NCBI GenBank assembly: GCA_964291285.2
Contig: OZ219786.1
Location: 1,248,001-1,312,000, forward strand
Length of the DNA stretch: 64,000 nt
From: Alphaproteobacteria bacterium
GTDB lineage: Bacteria; Pseudomonadota; Alphaproteobacteria; Bin95
Direction of reading: 5' to 3'
In this document: piece by piece, positions 54,426 through 64,000 of the stretch
Layout of the letters: every line of letters starts with the position of its first letter
Numbering within the stretch: position 1 is the first letter of the stretch
Translations under genes and position numbers: made by a program
The notes under the pieces: generated by a model
What the model saw: only the letters and a program-made list of their open reading frames with translations
Database searches by the model: none
Told to the model about the DNA's origin: nothing

Positions 54426-55346
54426 ATGGCCGGGAGCGAAACACCCGCCGGCGCCGATGCTGCCCGGCCGGCGGAAGACGGCTACAATTTCGCCTATCTC
54501 GACGAGCAGACCAAGCGGATGATCCGCCGGGCGATCCTCAAGGCCGTCGCCATTCCGGGATACCAGGTGCCCTTCGGCAGCCGCGAAATGCCGCTTCCCT
54601 TTGGCTGGGGCACGGGCGGCATCCAGATCACGGCCAGCATCATCGGGGTGGACGACACGCTCAAGGTCATCGACCAGGGCGCCGACGACACGGTGAACGC
54701 GGTCAGCATCCGCAAGTTCTTCGCGCGGACGGCCGGCGTCGGGACCACGGAGCGGACGGAGGCCGCCACCATCGTCCAGACCCGGCACCGGATACCGGAA
54801 ACGCCGCTCGGGGCGGGCCAGATCCTCGTTTACCAGGTGCCCATCCCGGAGCCGCTGCGCTGGCTGGAACCCAGGGAGGCGGAGACGCGCAAGATGCACG
54901 CGCTCGAGGAATACGGCGTCATGCATGTCCGCCTCTATGAGGACATTGCGCGGTTCGGGCATATCGCCACCTCCTACGACTATCCGGTGCGGGTGAACGG
55001 CCGCTACCTGATGCGGCCCTCGCCCATTCCGAAGTTCGACAATCCGAAGATGGACCGCTCGCCGGCGCTGCAACTGTTCGGCGCGGGCCGCGAGAAACGC
55101 ATCTACGCCATCCCTCCGCATACCGGGGTGCGGAGCCTCGATTTCGACGACCACCCGTTCGAGGTCCAGAAATGGGAGGATGTGTGCGCGCTTTGCGGGT
55201 CGGGCGAGAGTTTCCTCGACGAGATCGTCACCGACGACCGGGGCGGGCGCATGTTCGTGTGCTCGGACACGGACTATTGCGCCAGGCGCCGCGAAGCCGG
55301 ACACACCGGCCCAGCCACGCGGGACCTGAAAGGGAGCGGGGCGTAG
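54426..55346 (+). CDS. phnJ: C-P lyase radical-SAM/glycyl-radical enzyme
   Basis: YNFAYLDEQTKRMIRR, GWGTGG, CALC...CSDTDYC. Confidence 0.98.
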   Translation: MAGSETPAGADAARPAEDGYNFAYLDEQTKRMIRRAILKAVAIPGYQVPFGSREMPLPFGWGTGGIQITASIIGVDDTLKVIDQGADDTVNAVSIRKFFARTAGVGTTERTEAATIVQTRHRIPETPLGAGQILVYQVPIPEPLRWLEPREAETRKMHALEEYGVMHVRLYEDIARFGHIATSYDYPVRVNGRYLMRPSPIPKFDNPKMDRSPALQLFGAGREKRIYAIPPHTGVRSLDFDDHPFEVQKWEDVCALCGSGESFLDEIVTDDRGGRMFVCSDTDYCARRREAGHTGPATRDLKGSGA

Positions 55347-55435
55347 TGTCGTCTCTGCGCGCACCCTCCGCCATGCCCGGAACAAGTCCATTGTTGTCCG
55401 GTTGCCGTCGGCTTCGCATCGCACGGCCCACAACC

Positions 55436-55563
55436 GTCACCCCGGACTTGTTCCGGGGTCCATCCCTGACCGTTTGCGCCTGCCGCCGCCGGTGGAGGGC
55501 AGGCCCAACCGCCGAGACTGCCGCGAGAACCGGGGCTGGACCCCGGATCAAGTCCGGGGTGAC
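55436..55563. repeat. REP/RPE-like palindromic element
   Basis: GTCACCCCGGACTTGTTCCGGGGTCCA (55436-55462) and TGGACCCCGGATCAAGTCCGGGGTGAC (55537-55563), 26/27 inverted match; each arm is itself a hairpin. Confidence 0.85.
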
Positions 55564-55581
55564 GAAGAGGGGCGTCCGGGC

Positions 55582-56382
55582 ATGACGGGGAGAGGGCACG
55601 ACGGGATGGATATACCGCCGCTCCTCTCCGCCCGGGCCGTGACGAAATTCTATGGCGGCATTCCCGGCTGCCGCGATGTGTCGTTCGACATCTGGCCGGG
55701 CGAGGTTCTGGGCATTGTCGGCGAGTCCGGCTCCGGCAAGACGACGGTGCTGAACTGCATTTCCGCCCGTCTCGAACCCACTTCGGGAACGGTCGAATAT
55801 GCGACGAGGCATGACGGCCCGGCCGACATTTACCGCATCAGCGAGCCGGTCCGGCGCCTGCTCATGCGCACCGACTGGGGCTTCGTCCACCAGAACCCGC
55901 GCGACGGGCTGCGCATGGAGGTCAGCGCAGGCGCCAATATCGGCGAGCGCCTGATGGCCGTCGGCGCGCGCCATTACGGCAATATCCGGCGGACCGCCAC
56001 CGACTGGCTCGACAAGGTCGAGATGGATACGGGGCGCATGGACGACCTGCCCTTCACCTTCTCGGGCGGCATGCAGCAGCGCCTCCAGATTGCGCGCAAC
56101 CTTGTGACCGCGCCGCGCATCGTGTTCATGGACGAGCCTACGGGCGGGCTCGACGTATCCGTCCAGGCGCGGCTGCTCGACCTTCTGCGCGGCCTGGTCT
56201 CGGACCTCGGGCTGGCGGCCGTCATCGTCACGCACGATCTGGCCGTCGCGCGGCTGCTGTCGCACCGCCTGCTCGTCATGCGCCGGGGCGAGATCGTGGA
56301 AGCCGGGCTGACGGACCAGGTGCTGGACGACCCGCAGCATCCCTACTCGCAACTCCTCGTGTCTTCGGTGCTCCATCCGTGA
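55582..56382 (+). CDS. phnK: C-P lyase ABC ATPase PhnK
   Basis: GESGSGKT, RTDWGFVHQNPRDGL, FSGGMQQRLQIA; start 55582 or 55606. Confidence 0.95.
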   Translation: MTGRGHDGMDIPPLLSARAVTKFYGGIPGCRDVSFDIWPGEVLGIVGESGSGKTTVLNCISARLEPTSGTVEYATRHDGPADIYRISEPVRRLLMRTDWGFVHQNPRDGLRMEVSAGANIGERLMAVGARHYGNIRRTATDWLDKVEMDTGRMDDLPFTFSGGMQQRLQIARNLVTAPRIVFMDEPTGGLDVSVQARLLDLLRGLVSDLGLAAVIVTHDLAVARLLSHRLLVMRRGEIVEAGLTDQVLDDPQHPYSQLLVSSVLHP

Positions 56383-56404
56383 AAGAGAAAGGCGGCACAT
56401 CCTG

Positions 56405-57100
56405 ATGGCGGCGATCCGGATAGAGGGCCTGGCGAAGTCCTTCACCCTGCACAACCAGGGGGGCGTGCGCCTTTCCGTGCTGGCGGGCTTCGACCTCGCT
56501 GTGGAGGCGGGCGAGTGCGTGGCGCTTCACGGTCCCTCGGGAATCGGCAAGAGCACGGTGCTCCGTTGCCTGTACGGAAACTACCGGGCCGATGGCGGGC
56601 GCATCCTTGTCAGCCATCGGGGCGGGACCATGGACATGGCGGCGGCGCATCCGCGCGAAATCCTCGCCGTGCGCAATGAGACCCTCGGCTATGTCAGCCA
56701 GTTCCTGCGCGTGATTCCGCGCGTCGCGGCGGAAGACGTGGTCGCCGAAACCCTGCGCAACCGCGGAGCCGACCGGGAGCACGCAACGGATGCGGCGCGC
56801 GCCATGCTGCGGCGCCTCAACATTCCGGCCGCGCTGCACCGGCTGGCGCCGGCCACCTTCTCGGGCGGCGAACAGCAGCGGGTCAATCTCGCGCGCGTCT
56901 TCGTTGCCGACTATCCCGTGCTGCTGCTGGACGAGCCGACCGCGTCGCTCGACAGGGAAAACCGGGAGGCCGCGATCGGCCTGATCCGCGAGGCAGCCGG
57001 CCGGGGCGCGGCGATTGTCGGGATTTTCCACGATTCCGGCGTGCGGGATGCAGTGGCCACACGCACGGTTCCGCTCACCGCTGCAAGGGAGGCGGCGTGA
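56405..57100 (+). CDS. phnL: C-P lyase ABC ATPase PhnL
   Basis: KSFTLHNQGG, GPSGIGKS, YVSQFLRVIPRV, FSGGEQQRVN. Confidence 0.95.
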   Translation: MAAIRIEGLAKSFTLHNQGGVRLSVLAGFDLAVEAGECVALHGPSGIGKSTVLRCLYGNYRADGGRILVSHRGGTMDMAAAHPREILAVRNETLGYVSQFLRVIPRVAAEDVVAETLRNRGADREHATDAARAMLRRLNIPAALHRLAPATFSGGEQQRVNLARVFVADYPVLLLDEPTASLDRENREAAIGLIREAAGRGAAIVGIFHDSGVRDAVATRTVPLTAAREAA

Positions 57101-58236
57101 TGCCGGACCTCACGGTTACCAATGCCCGGATCGTGACGTGCGACGACGTCGTTTCCGGCACGGTTGCAGTGTCGGACGGCCGGTTCTCGGACATCGGTGA
57201 GGGGTCCGTCCGCTCCGGCGCGGCGCTGGACTTCGAAGGCGACTACCTGCTGCCGGGCCTCGTCGAGCTCCACACCGACAATCTGGAACGCCAGTTCACC
57301 CCGCGCCCCGGCGTCGAGTGGCCGGCGGAGGCGGCGGTGCTGGCCCATGACAGCCAGCTCGCCGCCGCCGGAATCACGACGGCGCTCGATACCGTGCGGA
57401 TCGGCGGCGGCGACAAGGCCCGCCCGGACCATCTCTCGGGCATGGCGGATGCCGTAAAGGGGGCGATGCGGTGGGGCGTGCTCCGCGCGGAGCATTTCCT
57501 GCACCTGCGCTGCGAGGTCTCCAGCCCGGACCTGATGGAGCGCTTCTCGCCTTTCATGGACGACCCTCTGGTCCGGCTGGTCTCGCTGATGGACCACACG
57601 CCGGGGCAGCGGCAGTTCGTCGATCTCGGCAAGCACCGCGAATATTACCAGGGCCGCTACGGCCTGAGCGACGCCGAGATGGACGACTATGTGAAGGCCA
57701 AGCAGCATGCGCAGCAGCGGTTCAGCGCCCGCCACCGCGCGATGGTCGTCAGGGCGCTGGAGGGCCGGAACATCGCCCTGGCCAGCCATGACGACGCGAC
57801 CGTCGAGCATGTCGAGGAGTCGGTGCGCGACGGCGTCGCGATCGCCGAATTCCCGACCACGGCGGAAGCAGCCGGGGCGGCCCGGAAAAACGGTCTCGCC
57901 GTATTGATGGGCGCGCCCAACCTCGTGCTCGGCGGCTCGCATTCGGGCAATGCCTCGGCTCTCGACCTGGCGGCTTCGGGACTGCTGGACATGCTGTCGT
58001 CCGACTATGTGCCGTCGAGCACCCTCCAGGGCGTGTTCCTGCTGCGCGGCGGCATCCCGGAGATGACGCTGCCGCAGGCCGTGGCGATAGCGGCGGCCAA
58101 TCCCGCGCGGGCGGTCGGGCTGGAGGACCGGGGCGAGATCGCCGCCGGCAAGCGGGCGGACTTCGTCCGCGTCAGGGAAATCGAGGGCGTCGCGGTCGTG
58201 TGCGGCACATGGCGCGAAGGGCATCGGGTCGTTTAG
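57097..58236 (+). CDS. phnM: Ribose 1-methylphosphonate 5-triphosphate diphosphatase
   Basis: PGLVELHTDNLE, MDHTPGQRQF, ASHDD, GAPNLVLGGSHSGN, SSDYVP. Confidence 0.96.
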   Translation: MMPDLTVTNARIVTCDDVVSGTVAVSDGRFSDIGEGSVRSGAALDFEGDYLLPGLVELHTDNLERQFTPRPGVEWPAEAAVLAHDSQLAAAGITTALDTVRIGGGDKARPDHLSGMADAVKGAMRWGVLRAEHFLHLRCEVSSPDLMERFSPFMDDPLVRLVSLMDHTPGQRQFVDLGKHREYYQGRYGLSDAEMDDYVKAKQHAQQRFSARHRAMVVRALEGRNIALASHDDATVEHVEESVRDGVAIAEFPTTAEAAGAARKNGLAVLMGAPNLVLGGSHSGNASALDLAASGLLDMLSSDYVPSSTLQGVFLLRGGIPEMTLPQAVAIAAANPARAVGLEDRGEIAAGKRADFVRVREIEGVAVVCGTWREGHRVV

Positions 58237-58253
58237 GCGGGAGCGAGGGGACC

Positions 58254-58799
58254 ATGTCGGCAGCGGACCGGATTCTGGAAATCCTGGAGACGAGCGGCGC
58301 GGAGCAGTATGGCGACGAGGCCGTCAGCCAGCTTCAGCACGCGCTGCAATGCGCGCATCTTGCGGAATGCTCCGGCGCGTCCGGTTCGCTTGTGGTCGCC
58401 GCGCTGCTGCACGATTTCGGCCACCTGATCCACAAGCTCGGCGAGGACGCCGCCCGGCGGGGGATCGACGACCGGCACGAGGCGCTGGGGCGCAAATATC
58501 TGGCCCGCTGGTTCGACGAGGACGTGACCGCGCCGGTCGGCATGCATGTCGATGCCAAGCGCTGGCTCTGCGCGACCGACCCCGCCTATTTCGACAGCTT
58601 GTCGCCGGCCTCGGTGCGGAGCCTGGAACTGCAGGGCGGCCCCTTCACGGAAGCCGGGGCGGCCGCATTCATCGCGCAGCCTTACGCGCAGGATGCGCTC
58701 GCCGTCAGGCGCTGGGACGAGCAGGCCAAGGACCCCGGGGCCGTAACGCCCGGCCTCGAGCGCTACCGCTCCCATATCGAAGCCGCGATCCGGAATTGA
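58254..58799 (+). CDS. PhnZ/TmpB-like HD-domain di-iron oxygenase
   Basis: YGDEAVSQLQHALQ.A, ALLHDFGH, HE..G, HVDAKRWL, LS.AS..SL.LQGGP, RRWDE.AK. Confidence 0.85.
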   Translation: MSAADRILEILETSGAEQYGDEAVSQLQHALQCAHLAECSGASGSLVVAALLHDFGHLIHKLGEDAARRGIDDRHEALGRKYLARWFDEDVTAPVGMHVDAKRWLCATDPAYFDSLSPASVRSLELQGGPFTEAGAAAFIAQPYAQDALAVRRWDEQAKDPGAVTPGLERYRSHIEAAIRN

Positions 58800-59350
58800 C
58801 CGGCGGCTGCCTTGTGCTCGTCGTCGGCCCGAGCGGGGCCGGCAAGGACACGCTGCTCCGGCGGGCCGCGGCCGAACTGAGGCCGGACGCGCGGTTCTGC
58901 TTCCCCCGGCGCTGCATCACGCGGCCCGCCGGAGACCCGCACGAGGACCATGTCGCGCTGACGGAGGCGGAATTCCGCGCACGCGAGCGGGCCGGCGAAT
59001 TCGCGCTCGCCTGGCGCGCGCACGGCCTCAGCTACGCCCTGCCCGGAACGGTCGGCAGCCTCGTCGCGGAGGGCCGCGTCGTTGCGGCCAATGTGTCGCG
59101 AAGCGTCATCGCCGAGGCCCGGAGCCGGTTCACGCGCGTTGGCGTCATCCAGGTGACGGCAAGCGGGGAGACGCTCGCGCTTCGCCTCGGCGACAGGGGC
59201 CGCGAGTCCGCGGAGGAGCGCGCCCGCCGCCTCGCGCGGCCGGCCCCGGCTTTTCCCGAAGGCCCCGATGTCCGCACGCTCGTCAATGACGGCCCGCTGG
59301 ACACTTCGGCCGCAGCGTTCGTCAGCCTGCTCCGCTCCTTCGCGAAGTAG
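58796..59350 (+). CDS. phnN: Ribose 1,5-bisphosphokinase
   Basis: LVVGPSGAGKDTL, R.ITRP, W.AHGLSY, NVSR, RGRE; start TTG 58796 inferred. Confidence 0.92.
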   Translation: MTGGCLVLVVGPSGAGKDTLLRRAAAELRPDARFCFPRRCITRPAGDPHEDHVALTEAEFRARERAGEFALAWRAHGLSYALPGTVGSLVAEGRVVAANVSRSVIAEARSRFTRVGVIQVTASGETLALRLGDRGRESAEERARRLARPAPAFPEGPDVRTLVNDGPLDTSAAAFVSLLRSFAK

Positions 59351-60713
59351 AACCGGAGGCGGTCCTCCCGTGGATGAGGCGGCGGCGGATGAAGCCGGAG
59401 AGACTGTCCATCGCGATGACCAGGACCACGGTGAGCACGATGATGTAGAGCGTGTTCTCCCAGTCGCGGGAAGTGCGCATCGTCTCCACCAGCAGCAGGC
59501 CGATCCCGCCTGCGCCGAGCGCGCCGATCACCGTCGCCGAGCGCGTGTTCGACTCGAGGTAGTAGAGCGCCTGCGACATGAATATCGGCAGGATCTGCGG
59601 AATGACCCCGAAGCGGTACACCTGAAGCCTGTTGCCGCCGGTCGATTTCACGCCTTCGACCTGCTTCTCGTCGACATTCTCCAGCGCTTCGGAAAACAGC
59701 TTGCCGAGCGTGCCGGTGTCGGTGAAGGCGATGGCAAGCGCGCCTGTGAGCGGGCCGAGCCCGAAGGAGCGGATGAAGATCAGCGACCAGATCAGCATGT
59801 CGATCCCGCGCAGGAAATCGAACAGGCGCCGGATGACGAACCGGGCGGTCTGCGAGGGCGTGAAATTCCGGGCGGCGAGCACGGCCAGCGGCATGGCGAC
59901 AAGCGCCGCCGTCAGCGTGCCCAGGACAGCCATCAGCAGCGTTTCCAGCAGGGCCTTGAAGACATTGCCGTGCTGCCAGTCCGGGTTCGTCCAGAAAGTG
60001 TCGAAGACATAACGCCAGTTCGCCATGTCCTCCCTCAGGCGCGGGCCGCCCGCCACCAGCGACGCCAGCTCGCCCGCCGAGTAACGGTTGAGCTCGGAGT
60101 CGAAGGGGAAGAAGAAGTTCTCCCAGCCGAAGAAGAAACGGTGGACCTCGATGCGCGCCCGCGAAACCTGCACCCGGCGCCCGAGCGTCGGCCGGGCGTC
60201 GAATTTCGTGCGTGTCGCGCGGAGCCAGGACGGCGGCGGCCCTTCCCTGGGCAACCTGGTGACGACGCCCTCGCCTGCGGCCTCGACCGCTACCGTGCCG
60301 TAACCGGGCACCGTCAGCCGCAGGACCCGGCCTGCGATGTCCGCGCTGTAGCCTTCGCCGAGATCGACGCTGACGGCATCGGCCGAGCGTTCGATCCAGT
60401 CCGGCGGCGTCCGGTAGGTCGCCGTTCGTTCGCCCTCGACGGCAATCGAGGTTTTTCCGCTGCGCAGCGATTTCGTGACATGGACCTTGTGCGCCACCGA
60501 GTCGATGGCGAGCAGAACGGCGCGCTGCGGCTGCGCGCCGGCGATGAGGCCCGAGACATCGAACGCGCCCCACGCATAGGCGAGATAGGCCAGCACGCCG
60601 AGCAGGATGGCGCCATTGCGCAGCGCCCTCGCGCGCACGCCGGCGAAGGCCGCCCGGTGGCGCCGGCGAAGCGCGAGGGCGGATTGACGCGCCATGACGC
60701 CCGCCTCCGCCAT
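59322..60713 (-). CDS. phnE: Phosphonate ABC permease with large extracytoplasmic insert
   Basis: ETLLMA.LGT, GKLFSEALEN, ESNTRSATVIGALGAGGIG. Confidence 0.92.
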   Translation of the reverse strand: MAEAGVMARQSALALRRRHRAAFAGVRARALRNGAILLGVLAYLAYAWGAFDVSGLIAGAQPQRAVLLAIDSVAHKVHVTKSLRSGKTSIAVEGERTATYRTPPDWIERSADAVSVDLGEGYSADIAGRVLRLTVPGYGTVAVEAAGEGVVTRLPREGPPPSWLRATRTKFDARPTLGRRVQVSRARIEVHRFFFGWENFFFPFDSELNRYSAGELASLVAGGPRLREDMANWRYVFDTFWTNPDWQHGNVFKALLETLLMAVLGTLTAALVAMPLAVLAARNFTPSQTARFVIRRLFDFLRGIDMLIWSLIFIRSFGLGPLTGALAIAFTDTGTLGKLFSEALENVDEKQVEGVKSTGGNRLQVYRFGVIPQILPIFMSQALYYLESNTRSATVIGALGAGGIGLLLVETMRTSRDWENTLYIIVLTVVLVIAMDSLSGFIRRRLIHGRTASGSTSRRSGAG

Positions 60714-61562
60714 TCAGGTCGCGCTCCCTTCGGTAATCCTGCGTCTCAGCCAGGACGAAGCCTGGTCGATGGCGAAGATCGAGAGGATCAGCAGCAGGAA
60801 CAGCGCCGCGGTTTCGTCGCCGGAGCCCTTGCCCCAGCCGATGGTGCGGCGCATCTCCGCCCCGATGCCGCCCGCGCCGACGAAGCCGAGAATGGCCGAG
60901 GCCCGCACATTGATCTCGAAGCGCAGCATGAAATAGCTGAGATAGTTGGGCAGGACCTGGGGCCACACGGCGAAGCGCATGCGCTGCAGCCAGTTCGCGC
61001 CGCAGGCCTGCAGCCCTTCCACCGCCTTCCGGTCCACGTTCTCGTTCACTTCCGAAAACTGCTTGCCGAGCGCGCCGGCGGTGTGGAAGGCCACCGCGAT
61101 CATGGCCGGAACCGGGCTCGTGCCGAGGACGAAAATCAGGAACAGCGCGATGATGAGCTCCGGGAAGGCGCGCATCGCGTCCATCGTGCGGCGCGCGACC
61201 GGAACGAGAGCCGGCCGGACGCCGAGGCCGGCGGTGCCGAGGAAGGCGAAGGCCGTGGCGGCGACGCCGCCCAGGATGGTTGCGACGGCGGCGATATTCA
61301 GGGTCTCGACAAGGGCGGGCAGGAACCGGACGAGAAGGCCTGGAAACTCGCTTCCCGCCGCCCAGGCTTCGAGGACGATCTCTCCCGGATAGTCGAAGAA
61401 CTTCGCCAGCCCCTGCAGGAACCCGCCGGAATTCATGGCGTTGGCCTGCCCGTATCCGGCCGCGAGAAGCGTTACCACAATCGCGGCAAGGGCGGCGGAA
61501 TAGAGCTTGCGCCGCCCTTCGATCCGGGAAATCTCCGGGGCCAGCCCGGCAACGCCTGTCAT
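60714..61562 (-). CDS. phnE: Phosphonate ABC permease
   Basis: ETLNIA, RAFPEL, GALGKQFSE, RFEINVRASAILGFVGAGGIG. Confidence 0.92.
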   Translation of the reverse strand: MTGVAGLAPEISRIEGRRKLYSAALAAIVVTLLAAGYGQANAMNSGGFLQGLAKFFDYPGEIVLEAWAAGSEFPGLLVRFLPALVETLNIAAVATILGGVAATAFAFLGTAGLGVRPALVPVARRTMDAMRAFPELIIALFLIFVLGTSPVPAMIAVAFHTAGALGKQFSEVNENVDRKAVEGLQACGANWLQRMRFAVWPQVLPNYLSYFMLRFEINVRASAILGFVGAGGIGAEMRRTIGWGKGSGDETAALFLLLILSIFAIDQASSWLRRRITEGSAT

Positions 61563-61638
61563 GGTCCCGGATCCGGGCGCCGGCGCGAAAGGGCGGCCCC
61601 GCCTTTGCAGGGCCGCCCGATCCCGTGCCGCGAAGCCG

Positions 61639-62547
61639 TCAGGAGGACTTGCGCCGGCGCGCCTCGACGATGACCTCGTAGTCGGCATGGTCGATGGGCG
61701 CGATGGCCCTGATCTCGCCGGCCATGAAGCCGTAGGCGCATTCCGCGTCCATGGAAGGCAGGCTCGCCAGCATGCCGACCATCTTCAGCTTGACGGCGGT
61801 CGGCAGCGTCTTGCGCAGCACGATCGGGCCTTCGGGAATGACCCTGGAGCGCCAGATCTCGCGCAGCTGGGTCATATCGACGAGGCCGGCATCGACGGCC
61901 TTGCGGAAGGCGCCGCTGTTGAAGCCGTCCTCCCAGTCGCCGAGGCCGTCCGCCCAGCTAACGCCGGCATCGATGTCGCCGTTGGACACGGCGATGATCG
62001 TCTGCTCATGGCCGCCCGTGAACACGACGTCGCCGAAATACTTGCCGGGCGACATGTCGTAGCCCGCCTGCGGAATCTCGATCGACGGAATGAGGTAGCC
62101 CGAGGTCGAATTCGGGTCGCCGAAGCCGAACTTCCTGCCCTTCATGTCGTCCAGGCTTTCGACGTTCCGGTCGATGCGCGCGAAGCCGATGGAGTAGTAG
62201 CCGAAGGAGCCGTCGGCATTGATCTTGGTGAGCACCGGCTCGACCGCCTCGGGATCGGTCAGATAGACCTTCGCGTAGCCGGAGGCGCCGAGCCAGGCCA
62301 TGTCGAGATTGCCGCCGAGCAGGCCCTCGATCACGCCGTTATAGTCGGCGGGCGCGAACAGCTTGGTCTCGACGCCCAGCAGTTCCTCCGTCTTGGTGCG
62401 CAGGCACTCATTGCTGCGCAGCCGGTCGGAAGCATTCTCGCCTCCGAGGATGCCGATGCGGAATTCGGCGACCCTGTCTTCGGCCATGGCGCCGGTCGCG
62501 ACCATGACCGCCGCGGCGGCGGCTGCAAGATATCCGGTGAGTTTCAT
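61639..62547 (-). CDS. phnD: Phosphonate ABC substrate-binding protein
   Basis: Signal peptide; FRIGILGGEN, DYNGVIEG, FGDPNSTSGYL, FTGGHE. Confidence 0.95.
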   Translation of the reverse strand: MKLTGYLAAAAAAVMVATGAMAEDRVAEFRIGILGGENASDRLRSNECLRTKTEELLGVETKLFAPADYNGVIEGLLGGNLDMAWLGASGYAKVYLTDPEAVEPVLTKINADGSFGYYSIGFARIDRNVESLDDMKGRKFGFGDPNSTSGYLIPSIEIPQAGYDMSPGKYFGDVVFTGGHEQTIIAVSNGDIDAGVSWADGLGDWEDGFNSGAFRKAVDAGLVDMTQLREIWRSRVIPEGPIVLRKTLPTAVKLKMVGMLASLPSMDAECAYGFMAGEIRAIAPIDHADYEVIVEARRRKSS

Positions 62548-62603
62548 CGTCCCTCTCCTCTGGTTCGGGATGGTGGAAGGTCGTTCACCCGGGCGGGTGT
62601 CTG

Positions 62604-63422
62604 TCAGGCCGGCACGGCGGCCGGCTCCCATCCGGCGTTGGCGGCGGCCGCGCCGGTGAGCGATGTCGAAGTCGCGGCCTCGTCGATCTCCCGGTCGGCG
62701 CCGTAAATGTCCCGCACGACGCGCGGCGAAAGCTCGGAGGGGCTGCCGTCGAAGACGAGCCTGCCCTGCAACATTCCGAGAATGCGGTCGCAATAGGCGC
62801 GCGCCGTGTCCAGCGTGTGGAGATTGCAGATAACCGTCAGGCGGTTCCGCTCATGGATTCCCCTGAGCGCGGTCATCACCGTCTCGGCGCTGACCGGGTC
62901 GAGCGAGGCGATGGGCTCGTCCGCCAGGACCATCTTCGGCTCCTGGGTGAGCGCGCGCGCGATGGCGACCCGCTGCTGCTGCCCGCCCGAGAGCGTCTCC
63001 GCCCGCTGCAAGGCCCGGTCGGCAATGCCGAGTTGTTCCAGCGCGGCGAGCGCACGCTCGATGCGCTCGTCCCCGAAGATGCCGAACAGGCTCTTCAGCG
63101 TGCCGTGGCCGTTGAGCCCGCCCAGCATGACGTTGGTCACGACATCGAGCCGCGGCACCAGGTTGAACTGCTGGAAGATCATGGCGCAGTCGCGCTGCCA
63201 GCGGCGCATGGCGGCGCCCTTCAGCTCAAGGACATTCCGTCCGTCCACGAGTATTTCGCCGCTCGTGGCGGGGGTCAGCCGGTTGATCGTGCGCAGCAAC
63301 GTGGATTTCCCCGCGCCCGACCGGCCGATCACCCCGATCATCAGGGGCCGGTCGACGGAGAATGAAACGTCGTTGACCGCGACCGTGCGCCCGAACGACT
63401 TGGTGAGCCTCTTGACCTGCAT
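62604..63422 (-). CDS. phnC: Phosphonate ABC ATP-binding protein
   Basis: [47 protein letters not shown]. Confidence 0.96.
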   Translation of the reverse strand: MQVKRLTKSFGRTVAVNDVSFSVDRPLMIGVIGRSGAGKSTLLRTINRLTPATSGEILVDGRNVLELKGAAMRRWQRDCAMIFQQFNLVPRLDVVTNVMLGGLNGHGTLKSLFGIFGDERIERALAALEQLGIADRALQRAETLSGGQQQRVAIARALTQEPKMVLADEPIASLDPVSAETVMTALRGIHERNRLTVICNLHTLDTARAYCDRILGMLQGRLVFDGSPSELSPRVVRDIYGADREIDEAATSTSLTGAAAANAGWEPAAVPA

Positions 63423-63500
63423 GAGCTGTCCGAACGGATGGGGGTTCGGCAGGTGCTTTCACACTGCAGGCGGACTCTGGCCGTTCAAGCTTTCAGCTTT

Positions 63501-63529
63501 GCGACAGATGCATGAGGATTCGGTGACGT
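63501..63529 (-). promoter_or_regulatory. Pho-box-like triple repeat upstream of phnC
   Basis: Minus strand ACGTCAC-N4-TCCTCAT-N4-CTGTCGC, 11-bp period. Confidence 0.55.
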
Positions 63530-63603
63530 ATGGCGAATTGGCGCGGGCGCGGAAGCCTCGCTCCCGCGCCCGCTGCAACAGTGTCGGATTCAGGCGGCGC
63601 CGG

Positions 63604-64000
63604 CTACTCGGCGGCCTCGGCGGAGACCGGCGCCTCGACGATCCGGGTCTCGAAATTCGCCGGCGCGACGATTTCGAGGACCTCGAAGTCCTTCGAGCAG
63701 GCGATCTCGCGATGCGCGATGCCCGGGCGTTGGTTGATGCAGTCGCCCTTCTCGATGCGCCTGACACCCTGTCCTTCATATTCGAACTCGGCCCAGCCGT
63801 TCAGCACCATGACGAACTGGAACGTGCAGTCATGGACATGCCAGTGCTGCACATCGTCCTTCATTTCCTTGCCGTTCGCCTTGACGATGTGGGCTATATA
63901 GTCGCCTTTGGTCGCCGCCTTGATGCCGAGGTCCCGGTATTCGAAGATCTCGCGCAGACCTTCGGTCCAGACGGCCTCCGAAGCCTTGTTGTGTTCGAAT
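63604..64000 (-). CDS. Cupin domain protein (5' end outside window)
   Basis: Frame open to window end: GLREIFEYRDLGI..AT.G...AH, WHVH...FQ, GDCINQRPGIAHRE. Confidence 0.8.
   Translation of the reverse strand, partial: FEHNKASEAVWTEGLREIFEYRDLGIKAATKGDYIAHIVKANGKEMKDDVQHWHVHDCTFQFVMVLNGWAEFEYEGQGVRRIEKGDCINQRPGIAHREIACSKDFEVLEIVAPANFETRIVEAPVSAEAAE

Noticed and set aside
58349-59350. Frameshifted HD-PhnN fusion
   Set aside because: HD gene has its own stop at 58799 and phnN has an overlapping TTG start at 58796; ordinary translational coupling

Overview
High-GC (about 70%) alphaproteobacterial chromosome segment, Rhodospirillales-like by gene order (ubiK/lgt-midA-pgeF, uvrA/ssb-gyrA-coaD-tRNA-Lys, ppx-rlmE-guaB, serC-serA-hisZ-purA, pcm-tolC-popZ-valS). 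Accessory content: an aerobic benzoyl-CoA (box) cluster, a C-P lyase phosphonate cluster with transporter, a single-step squalene synthase paired with an outer-membrane barrel, a solitary GIY-YIG nuclease, one IS3, and a nest of IS110, IS1634 and IS1182-like elements. No CRISPR array, rRNA or intact prophage is visible. Two observations stand out. (1) A recurring, apparently SOS-controlled element: an AT-rich promoter, an alphaproteobacterial LexA box, an orphan terminase-small-subunit-like ORF and 10-bp-phased CATGACA repeats. It has one copy with an intact ORF (7280-8607), one IS-disrupted copy (46460-52065) and one probable left-end remnant (22801-22940). (2) The box cluster lacks boxA and instead encodes a flavodoxin plus an adrenodoxin-reductase/FprA-type enzyme, expressed from twin, probably leaderless, BoxR-type promoters. 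All family assignments are by motif recognition; no database searches were run.
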